Assembly: GCF_000737315.1 (NCBI RefSeq)
Contig: NZ_JMCB01000013.1
Coordinates: 20,001-268,000 of the forward strand
Length of the DNA: 248,000 bases
Reading direction: 5' to 3'
From: Hyalangium minutum
Lineage (GTDB): Bacteria > Myxococcota > Myxococcia > Myxococcales > Myxococcaceae
The translations under genes were made by a program, and so were the position numbers. Every line of letters starts with the position of its first letter. Positions within the stretch are counted from its first letter, which is position 1. Shown here piece by piece: positions 187,319-198,056 of the stretch. A model generated the notes under the pieces. It was not told the DNA's origin. It saw only the letters and a program-made list of their open reading frames with translations, and ran no database searches.

Positions 187319-189874
187319 ATGAGCCTGCTCGCCCCGGCGGCCCTCGCGCTGCTCGTCTCCGCGCAGATTCCGCTGGCCACCCAGATCCAGCTCCCCACCG
187401 GGGACACGGTCGAGGTGGCCGCGGACTACGTCGTCTACGAGCCGGACAAGCAGGTCCTCACCGCGCGCGGCCACACCGAGCTGCGCACCGCGGAGACGCT
187501 GCTGCGCGCCGAGGAAGTCACCTACGATCAGGCCAACCAGAGGGCCCGCGCCAGCGGCGGGGTGATGTTCGTGAGCGGACAGTTCGCCGCCGTGGCGGAC
187601 GAGGTGGAGGTGGACCTCAAGTCCAACGAGGCCAACGTCAAGGGCGGCCTCTTCATGCAGAAGCGCAACGTCACCTCCGAGGCCCTGCGCAGCGCGGAGA
187701 CGCCCCAGCAACTGCGGCAGATGGGCGAGACGCCCGTGCTGATCAGCGGTACGCGAATCAAACGCACGGGGCCCAACGCCTTCGCGGTGGATGATCTCGC
187801 CTTCACCCCGTGCGAGTGCGGCCCCGGTGAGCCGAGCTGGCGCGTGGAGGCCAACAACGCCAACGTGCAGATGGGCGAGCGCGCCATTCTCACCTGGCCC
187901 GTGGTCTACGTGCACTCGGTGCCGGTGTTCGCGCTGCCGTGGCTGTACCTCCCGCTGGCCGAGCGGCGCTCGGGCCTGCTGGTGCCTCGGCCCACCACCT
188001 CGAGCCTCTTCGGCTTCGGCATTGATCAGCCTGTCTTCCTCACGCTCGGGCGCAGCTACGATCTCACGCTGACGCCGGGCTACTACACGGGTGGCTCCCA
188101 GGAGGATCATGTTCTCTCCGAGGCGGTGACGCGCAAGGAGCCGCGCTACTTCGGCGTCAAAGGCCCGCGCCTGCACACCGAGTTCCGTTACGTGCCCAGC
188201 GAGCGCACCCGGGGCCGGGCCACCTTGGGCTTTCTCTATGATCTGCGGCCCCCGCGAGACCCGAACAATGGCACCTTCTACCGGGTGGACGGTGGCACCA
188301 ACGAGGCCCTCTCCGAGCATCGCGGCCTGCGCGCAGAGGCCTCCTGGCAGCACACCCAAGACATGGGCAACGGCTTCCGCAACCGGGTGGATGCCGCGTT
188401 CGTCTCGGACGGCTTCTACACGCGCGACTTCACCGCGGACATCGTCGCCCGCGAGAACCAGTACCTGCGCAGCAGTGCCGTGCTCTACCACCGGGGCGAG
188501 GAGCACTACGCGGGCGTGGATGTGTCGCTCCGCCAGGACATCCGTTGGGGCTTCTCCTTCCTGAGGGAAGACCGCGTCCCGGCTGCCACGGATCCGACGC
188601 GGCCACTCGTCCCCGGGCCGCTCACCTTTCAGCGTCTGCCCTCCATCACCGTGGCCCTTCCCGAGCGCCTCCTCGGCAAGCGCTGGGCGGCGGGGCTGCG
188701 CGTGGAGTTCTCCCGGCTCTCGCCGCTCACTCGGAGCTACGGCGACGAGGGCGAGGACGGCCTCTTCAACGCCTCGCGAGCCTATGAGGTCCTCAACGAG
188801 GATGGCACCAAGACGCCGCTGCCCGATTCCACCCAGTCGAACGGTGTGTTCGATGCCTCGGATCGCGAGGCCCGGAACCGGCTGGACTTCTTCCCACGTC
188901 TCTCCACTTCGGTGGGGTTGGGACCGTATGCGCGGCTGACACCCTCGCTGGCCCTCCGCCAGGACTTCTACCTGGGCGAGCGCTCGGGCCACGTCGCCCA
189001 GCGTGGCTACCCGCTGCTCGGGGTCGCGGTGGACTCGGAGCTGGCTCGCACCTACGAGGAGGGCTCTGCTGCATGGCGTCACACCCTCCGACCTTCCGTG
189101 GAAGTGCGTTATGTGCCAGGGGTGTGGGGAGGCGTGCCTTCACCCGGCGCTTCGCCCGATCGTCCGCCCCAGCGCTACGACGAGCTTGACGCGGCGCTTC
189201 CCGTTGGCGCGGACGGCCGCGATCGCGGCTTCCTGCACGCAGTGGTGGAGGTGAGCCAGAGCCTCCAGCGCAAGCAAGGGGACCAGCGGCGAGAGGTGCT
189301 CCGCCTGCGCCTCGGTCAGGGCTTTGATCTGTCCCGACACGCCCCTACCTTTGGAGGTGGCTCCTACGGAGAGGAGAGGGGAGTGTTGCGCGATACCTAT
189401 GCGCGGGTGAATGCCAGTGCAGGTGTGCTCAACGCGGGCGCGCTGGTTCGCTTCGATCCCATTTCCGAACAGATCTCCCAGCTCAGCGCGGATGCCTCCA
189501 TCGACAACGGGAAGGGCGAAGCGCTCTACGCGCGTTATGACGATCTGCTGGCGGTGGGTTCGGATCGACTCCGGCGAGGGATCGACGCCTTGGTTGGCCC
189601 CGCAGCGGAGAGTCGAGCCCGTGCTCAGCTGCTCGTCGCGGGTTCGCGTTTGTCGCTCGGAATTGGACTCGGTCTGCGATACGAAGCCATCGTGCAGCCA
189701 CTTGCGAAGACGCAGTCTCCGCTCGCCCAGCAGGTGCTGGGCGTATCGTATGGTCCCGCTTGTGATTGCTGGCGTATCGAGGGAGTGGCCACGCTGAGGC
189801 GGGGCCAGAAGCGTCCAGACTTTGGTGTGAACTTGAGTGTGGCCGGTGTTGGCGCGTTCGGGTCAGGAAGTTGA
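187319..189874 (+). CDS. lptD: LPS-assembly protein LptD-like
   Basis: OstA-like N-terminus (FTPCEC..PSW), RRSGLL.P, C-terminal CDCW barrel strands. Confidence 0.8.
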   Translation: MSLLAPAALALLVSAQIPLATQIQLPTGDTVEVAADYVVYEPDKQVLTARGHTELRTAETLLRAEEVTYDQANQRARASGGVMFVSGQFAAVADEVEVDLKSNEANVKGGLFMQKRNVTSEALRSAETPQQLRQMGETPVLISGTRIKRTGPNAFAVDDLAFTPCECGPGEPSWRVEANNANVQMGERAILTWPVVYVHSVPVFALPWLYLPLAERRSGLLVPRPTTSSLFGFGIDQPVFLTLGRSYDLTLTPGYYTGGSQEDHVLSEAVTRKEPRYFGVKGPRLHTEFRYVPSERTRGRATLGFLYDLRPPRDPNNGTFYRVDGGTNEALSEHRGLRAEASWQHTQDMGNGFRNRVDAAFVSDGFYTRDFTADIVARENQYLRSSAVLYHRGEEHYAGVDVSLRQDIRWGFSFLREDRVPAATDPTRPLVPGPLTFQRLPSITVALPERLLGKRWAAGLRVEFSRLSPLTRSYGDEGEDGLFNASRAYEVLNEDGTKTPLPDSTQSNGVFDASDREARNRLDFFPRLSTSVGLGPYARLTPSLALRQDFYLGERSGHVAQRGYPLLGVAVDSELARTYEEGSAAWRHTLRPSVEVRYVPGVWGGVPSPGASPDRPPQRYDELDAALPVGADGRDRGFLHAVVEVSQSLQRKQGDQRREVLRLRLGQGFDLSRHAPTFGGGSYGEERGVLRDTYARVNASAGVLNAGALVRFDPISEQISQLSADASIDNGKGEALYARYDDLLAVGSDRLRRGIDALVGPAAESRARAQLLVAGSRLSLGIGLGLRYEAIVQPLAKTQSPLAQQVLGVSYGPACDCWRIEGVATLRRGQKRPDFGVNLSVAGVGAFGSGS

Positions 189875-189947
189875 CGGACAGAGGAATCCACGGATGCGCC
189901 CAGTGGTTGTCTCAAACCTACAACATTCCCAGGAGGGAAAAATCTTC

Positions 189948-190298
189948 GTGTCGGAACTCGGAAAACGTATCGGCCAACGCATCCGCGAGCTTCGCACGCA
190001 GCGGCCTGAGCGTTGGACCCAAGAGGAACTCGCGGAGCGGGCTCAGATCAGCGTGTCCTTTCTGTCGATGATTGAGCGGGGAGAGCGAGTCGCCCATGTG
190101 GAGACACTCGCCGCGCTCGCCAGCGCCCTGGGCGTCAGCCTCGGGGAGCTCTTTGCCGGGACGGAGCAGTCTCTCGCTCAGACCGAGGACCTGCTTCGGC
190201 CGCTGTCGGACTTCGCTCGCGCGCGGGGCCTCACTGCCCGTGATGTCGATCGCCTGCTGGGCGTGGCGCGGGTGATGTTCAACGGTTCGACCGCCTAA
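189948..190298 (+). CDS. XRE family HTH regulator
   Basis: IGQRIRELR..TQEELAERA..SMIERG. Confidence 0.88.
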   Translation: MSELGKRIGQRIRELRTQRPERWTQEELAERAQISVSFLSMIERGERVAHVETLAALASALGVSLGELFAGTEQSLAQTEDLLRPLSDFARARGLTARDVDRLLGVARVMFNGSTA

Positions 190299-190408
190299 CC
190301 ACGGTGCCGCGGCCCGTTCGCGAGGGGTCCGCGGCACCGTGTCCAGTTCTTGACTCAATGCAGGGCGGCCCTGGAAGATAAGTCCTCACTTCCAAGGAGT
190401 TACCGCAG

Positions 190409-191956
190409 ATGCGTTTGGGTCTCGCCTCATGCGTGGTGCTCGCCAGTGCCTTGCTGGTGGCCTGCGAGCCGCCGCCCCCAGCCACGCTGGAGTTCGTCGA
190501 TCAATCTCCGGCCAGTCCCCGGCTGGGAGAGATCACGACCCTGCGGTTCCGGGCTATCGACAGCCGCGGCAATCCGCAGGCAGGTACCACCGTCACATTC
190601 AAGCTGCAGTCGGAGGTCCCGGGGGTCACGCTCAATCCCACCGAGGGCTCGACGAACGTGGGGGACGGCATCGTCTCCACGCAGCTGGTGGCCAATGGCC
190701 GCGTGGCCTCGGTGGTGGTGATCGCCACCGCGGGCGACAAGACGGCGGTCAGCCCGGCGGTGGCCTTCGCGGGCGCGGGCGCCAACGGCAAGCAGTTCAC
190801 CTTCCAGTGCGGCGAGATCGCCGGTACCGCCTCGGGCGGTATTCACGGCATCGGCGCCTATGATGAGACGCGCTACCTGATTGCGGGCGTGAAGCTGCGC
190901 TGCACGGCCCACGTGGCGGACCGCAACGGTGACGGCATCGCGGGCGCCCAGGTGTCCTTCATCACCGAGGCGGGCACGCTCGGGCCGTCGTCCAGCTCGG
191001 TGTCGGACGTGGTGGGCAACGCGGAGGTTCTCTACAAGACGTCCTACCCGCTGCCGGTGGAGACGGATCCAGGCACCTTCACCTGGAACCCGCCCAATGA
191101 CGCCACCCACACGGGCGACTACATCGCCCCCTTGTGGATGCACCCGTTCTATTGGACGGCCAACCCCATCCGCGACTACGGCTCGCTGATCAACCCCATG
191201 GAGCCGCGTCCGGAGCCGTTCCGCGACGATCCCATCCGCCCCAACCGGCGCAACAACCCGCGCGACAACCTGGTGGCCATGATCGCCATCACCACGGGCG
191301 AAGAGGGGTACGACGACAAGAACAACAACGGCCAGTTCGACGAGGGCGAGTTCGACCCGAAGTTCGACCTGACGGAGCCCTTCGTCGACAACAACGACGA
191401 CGGCACCTGGCAGGACACCGAGCGCTTCGTCGACACCAACGGCAACGGCAAGTGGGACGGCAAGAACGGCAAGTACGACGCCTCCACCCTCATCTGGGTG
191501 CAGGAGCGCATCCTCTGGACGGGCTGGCCGCACCCGCTGGATCGCGACGAGACGGCGCTCAACCGCTCGCCCATCGTCCGCCAGCTCAAGCCGCCCGTGG
191601 GCACCACCCTCATCCTGGAGCACTTCACGCATGAGGAGGCCGTCTTCCTGCTGACCGATCCCTGGTTCAACCGCGTGGCCCAGAACGAGGACGGCGATGG
191701 CTGCTCCGGCGGCGCCATTGGCCCTGTGACGGTAGACAGCCTCACCCAGGGCATCGCCTTCACCTACCCGTCCTTCTCCATCGAGCGCTTCGTCCTGCGC
191801 GACCAGCATGATCCGGCCTCCGTCCCACCGACGCCGGCCTACGCGGCTCCGGGCATCAAGTTCGAGGTGGCCGCTGGCTGCAAGTACACGGCGTCCCCGG
191901 AGGACGGGCACGTGGTGCTCCTCAGCTCGCCGACGATTACGGGCCGGGTGTTCTAG
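190409..191956 (+). CDS. Ig-like lipoprotein with DxNxDG Ca-binding-like repeats
   Basis: LVAC lipobox; DKNNNG, DNNDDG, DTNGNG. Confidence 0.72.
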   Translation: MRLGLASCVVLASALLVACEPPPPATLEFVDQSPASPRLGEITTLRFRAIDSRGNPQAGTTVTFKLQSEVPGVTLNPTEGSTNVGDGIVSTQLVANGRVASVVVIATAGDKTAVSPAVAFAGAGANGKQFTFQCGEIAGTASGGIHGIGAYDETRYLIAGVKLRCTAHVADRNGDGIAGAQVSFITEAGTLGPSSSSVSDVVGNAEVLYKTSYPLPVETDPGTFTWNPPNDATHTGDYIAPLWMHPFYWTANPIRDYGSLINPMEPRPEPFRDDPIRPNRRNNPRDNLVAMIAITTGEEGYDDKNNNGQFDEGEFDPKFDLTEPFVDNNDDGTWQDTERFVDTNGNGKWDGKNGKYDASTLIWVQERILWTGWPHPLDRDETALNRSPIVRQLKPPVGTTLILEHFTHEEAVFLLTDPWFNRVAQNEDGDGCSGGAIGPVTVDSLTQGIAFTYPSFSIERFVLRDQHDPASVPPTPAYAAPGIKFEVAAGCKYTASPEDGHVVLLSSPTITGRVF

Positions 191957-192026
191957 CCCGGTACGAAGGGCATTGACCGGCGGCCCCGCCGTCCGTAGGG
192001 TCCTCTGCGGCTGATTTCCAAGTCAA

Positions 192027-192752
192027 TTGGCCGCGGAGGACGAGTTGAGCCAGCAGAGCCAGAAGGCGGCCGACGGAGGGACGCGCGAGAGCGAGCGCCG
192101 GCACACCATCCTCCGCGCCGCCATTGAAGTGTTCGCCAGCAAGGGCTACCACGGGTGCCGCATCGCGGACGTGGCCAAAGAGGCGGGCGTGGCCTACGGG
192201 CTCGTCTACCACTACTTCAAGAACAAGGATGAGCTGCTGGAGACCGTCTTCGAGGCGGGCTGGCGCGGCTTCTTCACGCGCGTGAGCGCGGTGGTTCAGG
192301 GCGAGGGCACGCTCGAGCAGAAGGTGCACCGGATCGCGGACGTGGCCATCGAGGCGTACCGGGTGGATCCGCGCACGGTGAAGGTGCTCATCCTCGAGAT
192401 CGCACGCAGCCCCGGGGGGCGGGTGAACCGGCAGACGGCCTTCGCGGAGGCCCTCCAACTGTGCACGCAGATGCTGATGCAGGCCCAAGAGGCCGGCGAG
192501 CTGCGGCCGGACGTGGATCTGCAGCTGGCCGCGGCCCTCTTCTTCGGCAACATCGAGATGGCGTTCACCGCCCTGTTGATGGGGAGGGTGGATCCCAAGG
192601 ATGTGGAGAAGCTGGAGCGGGCCAAGCGGCAGCTGGGAGATTTCTTCCTTCACGGCGTCCATGCTCGAGACGCTTCGTCGTCCTCGGAGGTCTCATGGAA
192701 GAAGGAGCAGGAGAAGTCCGCTACGCGGTCCAAGGCGCCCAAGCGCTCATAA
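192027..192752 (+). CDS. TetR family regulator
   Basis: IADVAKEAGVAYGLVYHYFKNK. Confidence 0.9.
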   Translation: MAAEDELSQQSQKAADGGTRESERRHTILRAAIEVFASKGYHGCRIADVAKEAGVAYGLVYHYFKNKDELLETVFEAGWRGFFTRVSAVVQGEGTLEQKVHRIADVAIEAYRVDPRTVKVLILEIARSPGGRVNRQTAFAEALQLCTQMLMQAQEAGELRPDVDLQLAAALFFGNIEMAFTALLMGRVDPKDVEKLERAKRQLGDFFLHGVHARDASSSSEVSWKKEQEKSATRSKAPKRS

Positions 192753-193480
192753 CCATCGACCGGCCGCGGGCGCGCAACGCCCTGTCACCGGCGGTGGTGC
192801 AGGGGCTGATGGAGGCCATTGCCCGGGCGGAAGCGGACGCGCAGGTGCGCGTGCTGGTGTTCACCGGCGCGGGGGAGAAGGTGTTCTGCGCGGGAGGCGA
192901 TCTCGGGCAGATGGGGGACGGCGGCTTCCTGTCCATGCACGACGGACGGCGTGCGTACGCCACGCTGCTCTCGAGGCTTCAGGGCTGTCGCAAGCCCACG
193001 GTGGCGCGGGTGAATGGGCACGCGCTGGCGGGCGGGCTCGGGTTGGTGCTGGCGTGTGACTTGGCCGTGGCCGTGGAGGGCGCGGAGTTCGGCACCCCAG
193101 AGATCGACGTGGGGCTCTTCCCCATGATGATGATGGCGCTGCTGCAGCGGCACGTGGGCCGCAAGCGGGCGCTGGAGCTGGTGATGACGGGGGATCGGCT
193201 GCCGGCGCGCGAGGCGCTGGTGCTGGGGCTGATCAATCGGGCAGTGCCTGCGGCGGAGCTGGACGCGTCCGTGGGAGCGCTGGCGGGCAAGCTGGCGGGC
193301 AAGAGTCAGGCGGTGATGGCGCTGGGCAAGCGGGCCTTCTTCACGGCGGAGGATCTGCCGCTGCCTGCGGCGCTGGAGTTCCTGGCGTCCCAGCTCTCGC
193401 TGAACGTGCTGGCTGAGGACGCGGGAGAGGGCGTGTCCGCGTTCCTGGAGAAGCGCCCCCCGAAGTGGAACGACCGCTGA
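192695..193480 (+). CDS. Enoyl-CoA hydratase/isomerase
   Basis: FCAGGDL, ALAGG.GL, PEIDVG. Confidence 0.9.
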   Translation: MEEGAGEVRYAVQGAQALITIDRPRARNALSPAVVQGLMEAIARAEADAQVRVLVFTGAGEKVFCAGGDLGQMGDGGFLSMHDGRRAYATLLSRLQGCRKPTVARVNGHALAGGLGLVLACDLAVAVEGAEFGTPEIDVGLFPMMMMALLQRHVGRKRALELVMTGDRLPAREALVLGLINRAVPAAELDASVGALAGKLAGKSQAVMALGKRAFFTAEDLPLPAALEFLASQLSLNVLAEDAGEGVSAFLEKRPPKWNDR

Positions 193481-193525
193481 GAGCGCCTGGCCTCCGTGGC
193501 CGAGGCGCGGCCGGAGGTGCTCAGC

Positions 193526-194509
193526 TCAGGGCGTCGCGGTGACGGTGGCGGTGCCTTCGTTCTGGCTGGGAGCCGGGGAGGGTAGAGCGGCGGGAGTCTC
193601 GGTGGTGGCCACGCGAGGCTCCGGCTTGCCGAAGAAGTCCAGCTTCAGCAGGGACAGGCCATCCACCCAGAGCCCGTCCAACTTCACGCCCCAGTGGAGG
193701 TGGGGACCGGTGACGCGGCCCGTCTTCCCCACGAGGCCCAGCTTCTGGCCCTGCTGCACCTTCGCGCCCGTCTTCACGTCCATGCGGGACATGTGGAAGT
193801 ACGTCGTGTACAGGCCCGCGCCATGGTGGACGATGACGGTGCCGCCCGAGCTGTAGCAATCACGGACCATCACCACCGTGCCCTCGTTGGCGGCGAAGAT
193901 GGAGTCGCCGGTGTTCCCGTCGATGTCCACGCCGAAGTGCTGGCTCTGGAGCTTGCCGTTGAACGAGCGCCGATCGCCGTATGGCGCGGTGATGCGATCC
194001 TGGCGGGGCCAGGCGAAATTCTCAGTGAAAAGCGGCGAGGCGAATGGCTGGGCGAACGCGGCAGCGAAGGCGGCGCGATCCTCGGCCATGCGGGCCTTCA
194101 CGGACGCGGGCGGCTTGACGTACTTGCCAGCGACCTTGAGCTGCCGCTCGGGGTAGCCAGGCTCCACCACGTCCAGCGTGCCCGCGAGCTCCAGCGCCTT
194201 GCCCTGCGCGGGGCGGGGGGCCGTCACCTTCACCGCGACGGTGCCCAGGGACTGCTCCACCGGGAGCCCCGAGAGCGCGAGCCACGCGCCCGAGGTCTCG
194301 AAGAACTGCAGGGGCCTTCCGGCCAGCGTGCCCGAGGGCATGCCCTCCACGCCCCGCACGGCGACGAGAACCGGGTCGCCCGGCTTGGCCGTTCCCGGCT
194401 GCACGGAGAGGCTTGGCTGAGCCTGGGCTCCGAAGGCCACCAGGCCCAGGGCGAGCAGGGCGAAGGGGAGCGAGGCGGAGAGGCGGGGAAGGGAGGGCGC
194501 GAGCGGCAT
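193526..194509 (-). CDS. M23 family metallopeptidase
   Basis: HFGVD, YFH, TGPHLHW. Confidence 0.9.
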   Translation of the reverse strand: MPLAPSLPRLSASLPFALLALGLVAFGAQAQPSLSVQPGTAKPGDPVLVAVRGVEGMPSGTLAGRPLQFFETSGAWLALSGLPVEQSLGTVAVKVTAPRPAQGKALELAGTLDVVEPGYPERQLKVAGKYVKPPASVKARMAEDRAAFAAAFAQPFASPLFTENFAWPRQDRITAPYGDRRSFNGKLQSQHFGVDIDGNTGDSIFAANEGTVVMVRDCYSSGGTVIVHHGAGLYTTYFHMSRMDVKTGAKVQQGQKLGLVGKTGRVTGPHLHWGVKLDGLWVDGLSLLKLDFFGKPEPRVATTETPAALPSPAPSQNEGTATVTATP

Positions 194510-194771
194510 GAGGGCCGCAGTTGTACCACCGGGGCGCCCTGTGCACCGATGCCCCGTTTGCAAGGCTCGCTCGGACGGCTGCTCTTCGTGCCTGTCAGGC
194601 CTCGGAGCCGAGGGGGCATCGCCCGCTGGTCAACATCCAAAACGAGAGATGGGCCCCGCTGGTCAAGGAGCGAACGTCCGGGCGGCGCGAGCGCTGGCGC
194701 AGGTGTACCAAGGGCGGAAAGGGCTCCCTACTTTCTCTGACGAACTGACTTGCCATCGAGGGGGATGTTGG

Positions 194772-195260
194772 ATGCCGCGTTCTTATAGCTTCGACCATTT
194801 CCAGGTGCCCGCAGCCGAGCCCCGCAGCCGGAGCTTGCGGCGCCAGGACAAGCAGCACTTGGCCGAATCACACCATGCCGTGCCTGCGCAGGACGGGGGG
194901 ATCCACTACGGCAGGAGCCACGCGCAGACGGAGGAGATCCTCAAGGCGCGCGCCCTGGCTCCGCCGCGCCGCGAGAGCGCTGGGGCGAAGGCCCGCGCGG
195001 CGCAGGCCACGCCGAGCCCGGAGCGGCTCCAGGCCACGCCGCGGATCAACCGCAACACCACGCCCATTGGCGCGCTGCCGGCCACCGAGGAGCTGCCGCC
195101 GCGCGGGCGCTTCCAGGATCTGATGGACGAAGCGACGCGCCAGTTCGAGGCCATCCAGGGAGGTATTGGCGACGTGAGCAAGGCGGCGGTGCGGCTGGCC
195201 TCGCTGCCGCTCGAGGTGGTGCGGCTGGCGGCGCGACGCCTGCGTCTGGTTCACGGCTGA
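194772..195260 (+). CDS. Hypothetical protein
   Basis: MPRSYSFDHF start, GC3 bias. Confidence 0.55.
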   Translation: MPRSYSFDHFQVPAAEPRSRSLRRQDKQHLAESHHAVPAQDGGIHYGRSHAQTEEILKARALAPPRRESAGAKARAAQATPSPERLQATPRINRNTTPIGALPATEELPPRGRFQDLMDEATRQFEAIQGGIGDVSKAAVRLASLPLEVVRLAARRLRLVHG

Positions 195261-195273
195261 GGGTTCGGGCGCC

Positions 195274-196041
195274 GTGGAGCTGACGCTCGTCTCGTACAAC
195301 ATCCACAGCGGCATCGGCACGGACGGCCGGTTTGATCTGCACCGGGTGGGCGAGGTGCTGCGAGAGATTGACGCGGACATCATCGCCCTGCAGGAGGTGG
195401 GGGACTTCCGGGGCAAGACATCCCGGGAGGACCAGCCCGAGCACCTGGCGGATCTGCTCGGGCTCCACATGGCATTCGGCCCGAACGTGGTGCGCCAGGG
195501 CCGGCGCTATGGGAACGCGGTGCTGGCGCGCCTGCCCATCCTCAAGTCGAAGAACTACGATCTCAGCGTGGAGAGCCGCGAGCCGCGCGGCGCCCTTCGG
195601 TGTGATCTGGATCTGGGTGGGGGGCGGCAACTGCACCTGTTCTGCCTGCACCTGGGGTTGTCGCTCGGCGAGCGCCGCAGGCAGGAGAGCCTGCTGCTGT
195701 CGTCGGACATCCTCCGAGATGCGGTGCGCAAGGATCCGGTGGTGGTGTGCGGAGACTTCAACTACTGGGGCAACAAGCCCGTCCCCGCGCTGGTGCGGCG
195801 GGCCATCCACGACGCGGCGCTGGAACTTCGCACCCCGGCGCGGACCTACCCCTCCCGGCTGCCGCTGCTGCGGCTGGATCGCATCTTCGTGGACTCGGGT
195901 GTCCGCCCGCTCACCATCCGGCCACACCGTTCCTCCTTGGCCACGGTCACCTCGGACCACCTTCCGCTGGTGATGCGCTTCGAGGCCCCGGTGCTGACCG
196001 AAGCCGTGGCGGTCTCGGCACCCGTGCAGCTCATCGGCTAG
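195274..196041 (+). CDS. Endonuclease/exonuclease/phosphatase family protein
   Basis: SYNIH, LQEV, GDFN, LDRIF, SDHLP. Confidence 0.9.
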   Translation: MELTLVSYNIHSGIGTDGRFDLHRVGEVLREIDADIIALQEVGDFRGKTSREDQPEHLADLLGLHMAFGPNVVRQGRRYGNAVLARLPILKSKNYDLSVESREPRGALRCDLDLGGGRQLHLFCLHLGLSLGERRRQESLLLSSDILRDAVRKDPVVVCGDFNYWGNKPVPALVRRAIHDAALELRTPARTYPSRLPLLRLDRIFVDSGVRPLTIRPHRSSLATVTSDHLPLVMRFEAPVLTEAVAVSAPVQLIG

Positions 196042-196181
196042 CGTGGGGGCTCCAGCGGCGTTCATTGGCCGACGCTTTGCGGCCGCTGGACACAAGAAGC
196101 ACGCGACGGGTTGTCGCGGCGGGGGTGGATGCCTAGGTTGGCTCCGCCTGTGGGATGAGAGCAGCGCCGGCCGGAGAGTCG

Positions 196182-196634
196182 ATGAACTTGGGGACGGAAC
196201 AGACGGAGCGCGGGATCTCCGCGATCGTCGGACGGATGGCGGACAGCTTCAGCCGTCTGGTGTCTCAGCACATCACCCTGGCGCGCCTGGAACTGGCCGA
196301 GGATGCCAAGGCCATGGCTCGCGACGTGGCGAGCATCGTCGTCTTCGTGCCTTTCCTGATGGTGGGCTGGGTCTTCCTGTGCGGCGCGATCGCCGTGGCG
196401 CTGGCGCAGGCGATCGGCTACGGCTGGGCCTTGGCAGCCGTGGGCGGCGTCCACATGGTGGGGGGAGGGATCGGCATCTGGACAGCCCTGTCCCGGCTCA
196501 AGAATCGCCAGGTCATGAATGACACGGGCGAAGAACTTTCGCGCAGCATGGCGGTGCTCACCTCGGCGAGCCCCGCCGCAGTGCCCTCTTCACAGCCTCG
196601 CAACGTGCTCAAGGAGCCCCCGAATGCCCAGTAA
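196182..196634 (+). CDS. DUF1469/'phage holin'-family membrane protein
   Basis: LARLEL, two TM helices. Confidence 0.7.
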   Translation: MNLGTEQTERGISAIVGRMADSFSRLVSQHITLARLELAEDAKAMARDVASIVVFVPFLMVGWVFLCGAIAVALAQAIGYGWALAAVGGVHMVGGGIGIWTALSRLKNRQVMNDTGEELSRSMAVLTSASPAAVPSSQPRNVLKEPPNAQ

Positions 196635-196839
196635 TGGACAGCCCAAGGCTGAGCCCCGAAGTCCCGCCGCGCTGCGCGCCGAGATCGAGCGCACCCGCGC
196701 GGAACTGGCCACCTCGGTCACTGCGTTGCGCCAGGAGGTCGCCGAGACCGTGGACTGGCGGGCCTGGGTGCGCAAGCGCCCGCTGCTGGCCGTGGGCGCC
196801 GCGTTCACAGTTGGGTTCGTGATCGCCTACCGCCGCTGA
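196624..196839 (+). CDS. DUF3618-like small protein
   Basis: LRAEIERTRAELA, P.LAVGAAF.VG. Confidence 0.65.
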   Translation: MPSNGQPKAEPRSPAALRAEIERTRAELATSVTALRQEVAETVDWRAWVRKRPLLAVGAAFTVGFVIAYRR

Positions 196840-196899
196840 CGGCCGCCAACACCTTCACCCACCACTGTCATTCGTTTTCAACTCACAGGAGAGGCTTCG

Positions 196900-197100
196900 A
196901 TGGAGATGAATCCGCAGCAGATCCAGGACCGCGCGCGTGAAATTCAGGAGCGTATCGTGCCGCAGATCGAAGAGGCGCGGCGCAACCTGGTGGATGTGAA
197001 CACCCGCGTGGTGAGCTTCATCCGCGCCAACCCGGGCACCTGCCTGGTGGGTGCGGTGGCCCTGGGCTTCCTCATCGGCAAGATCGCCTCGCGCCGCTGA
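196900..197100 (+). CDS. Small membrane-anchored protein
   Basis: IRANPG..LVGAVALGFLIG; GGAG RBS. Confidence 0.65.
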   Translation: MEMNPQQIQDRAREIQERIVPQIEEARRNLVDVNTRVVSFIRANPGTCLVGAVALGFLIGKIASRR

Positions 197101-197135
197101 TCCTCGCCGTCCTTTCGTCACACCGAGAAAACACC

Positions 197136-197585
197136 ATGACGACCTTTCAGAACACCCAGAGCAACGGCTCTCACACCAGCGGCGACGATCAGGGGTTTGG
197201 CGAGCGCGTGGATCAGATCGGCTCGGAGGCCCAGCAGCTGTGGAGCAATGCGCGCACTGCGGTGTCGGACCTGGGCCAGACGCTGGATCTCAAGGGCCGG
197301 GTGGATCGCAACCCGTACGGGATGATGGCTGCGGCGATCGGCGTGGGCTACGTGCTGGGCGGGGGACTCTTCACCCCGCTGACCGGGCGGATCCTGAAGC
197401 TGGGCGTGCGCTTGGCGATGCTGCCCTTCGTCAAGGACGAGCTGCTGGGCATGGCCGAGGCCGCGCTCCAGGGCTATCAGGCGGGCCAGTCCAGCGTGGG
197501 CGGGCAGAGTGGGGGAGGGGGGCAGAGCGGCGCCACGGGAATCGGCACCTCGCCTCGGACGGGCGGTCCTGGCAACATCAGCTGA
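197136..197585 (+). CDS. Hypothetical protein
   Basis: NPYGMMAAAIGVGYVLGGG. Confidence 0.62.
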   Translation: MTTFQNTQSNGSHTSGDDQGFGERVDQIGSEAQQLWSNARTAVSDLGQTLDLKGRVDRNPYGMMAAAIGVGYVLGGGLFTPLTGRILKLGVRLAMLPFVKDELLGMAEAALQGYQAGQSSVGGQSGGGGQSGATGIGTSPRTGGPGNIS

Positions 197586-197633
197586 GCCGTCGTTTGCGCG
197601 CCACATCTTCACTTGAACCCTGGGAGTTCCCGC

Positions 197634-197906
197634 ATGTTTGGAGTCAGTGACCTCAAGAAGTTGGACAAGGACGAGCTGCTCAACCTGATCGGGCTCGAGA
197701 CCCGGAAGGAGACCAGCGACTACCTGCTGCCGGCGCTGGGCGCCTTTACGGTGGGAGTGCTGCTGGGCGTGGGCGTGGGGCTGATGCTCGCGCCCAAGCC
197801 GGGCAATGAGCTCCGCAATGATCTGCGCAACCGGTTCCAGCCCGGCCAGGAGCCGGTTACGGGCGCTGGTGCGACGCGGACCGAGAACGTCTCGCGCGGC
197901 GTGTAG
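197634..197906 (+). CDS. YtxH-like protein
   Basis: GLMLAPKPG.ELR. Confidence 0.7.
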   Translation: MFGVSDLKKLDKDELLNLIGLETRKETSDYLLPALGAFTVGVLLGVGVGLMLAPKPGNELRNDLRNRFQPGQEPVTGAGATRTENVSRGV

Positions 197907-198056
197907 CCGGGCACAGAGGGTTTCTCCTCGGGCCTCCCCTGGGCGCGCCACCCGCGTCCGGGCGGAGGCCCGTGCTTTTGGAGCGCTCCCTACCCAAGAG
198001 GTATGTCAGACCCAGCTGGTTTCATGAGGTCACCTGGAACGAGGAAGGTGGCGGAC

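Noticed and set aside
196182-197906. 'Phage holin' family genes as a prophage (also 241278-241703)
   Set aside because: DUF1469/DUF3618/YtxH clusters are common chromosomal stress genes; no capsid, terminase or integrase.
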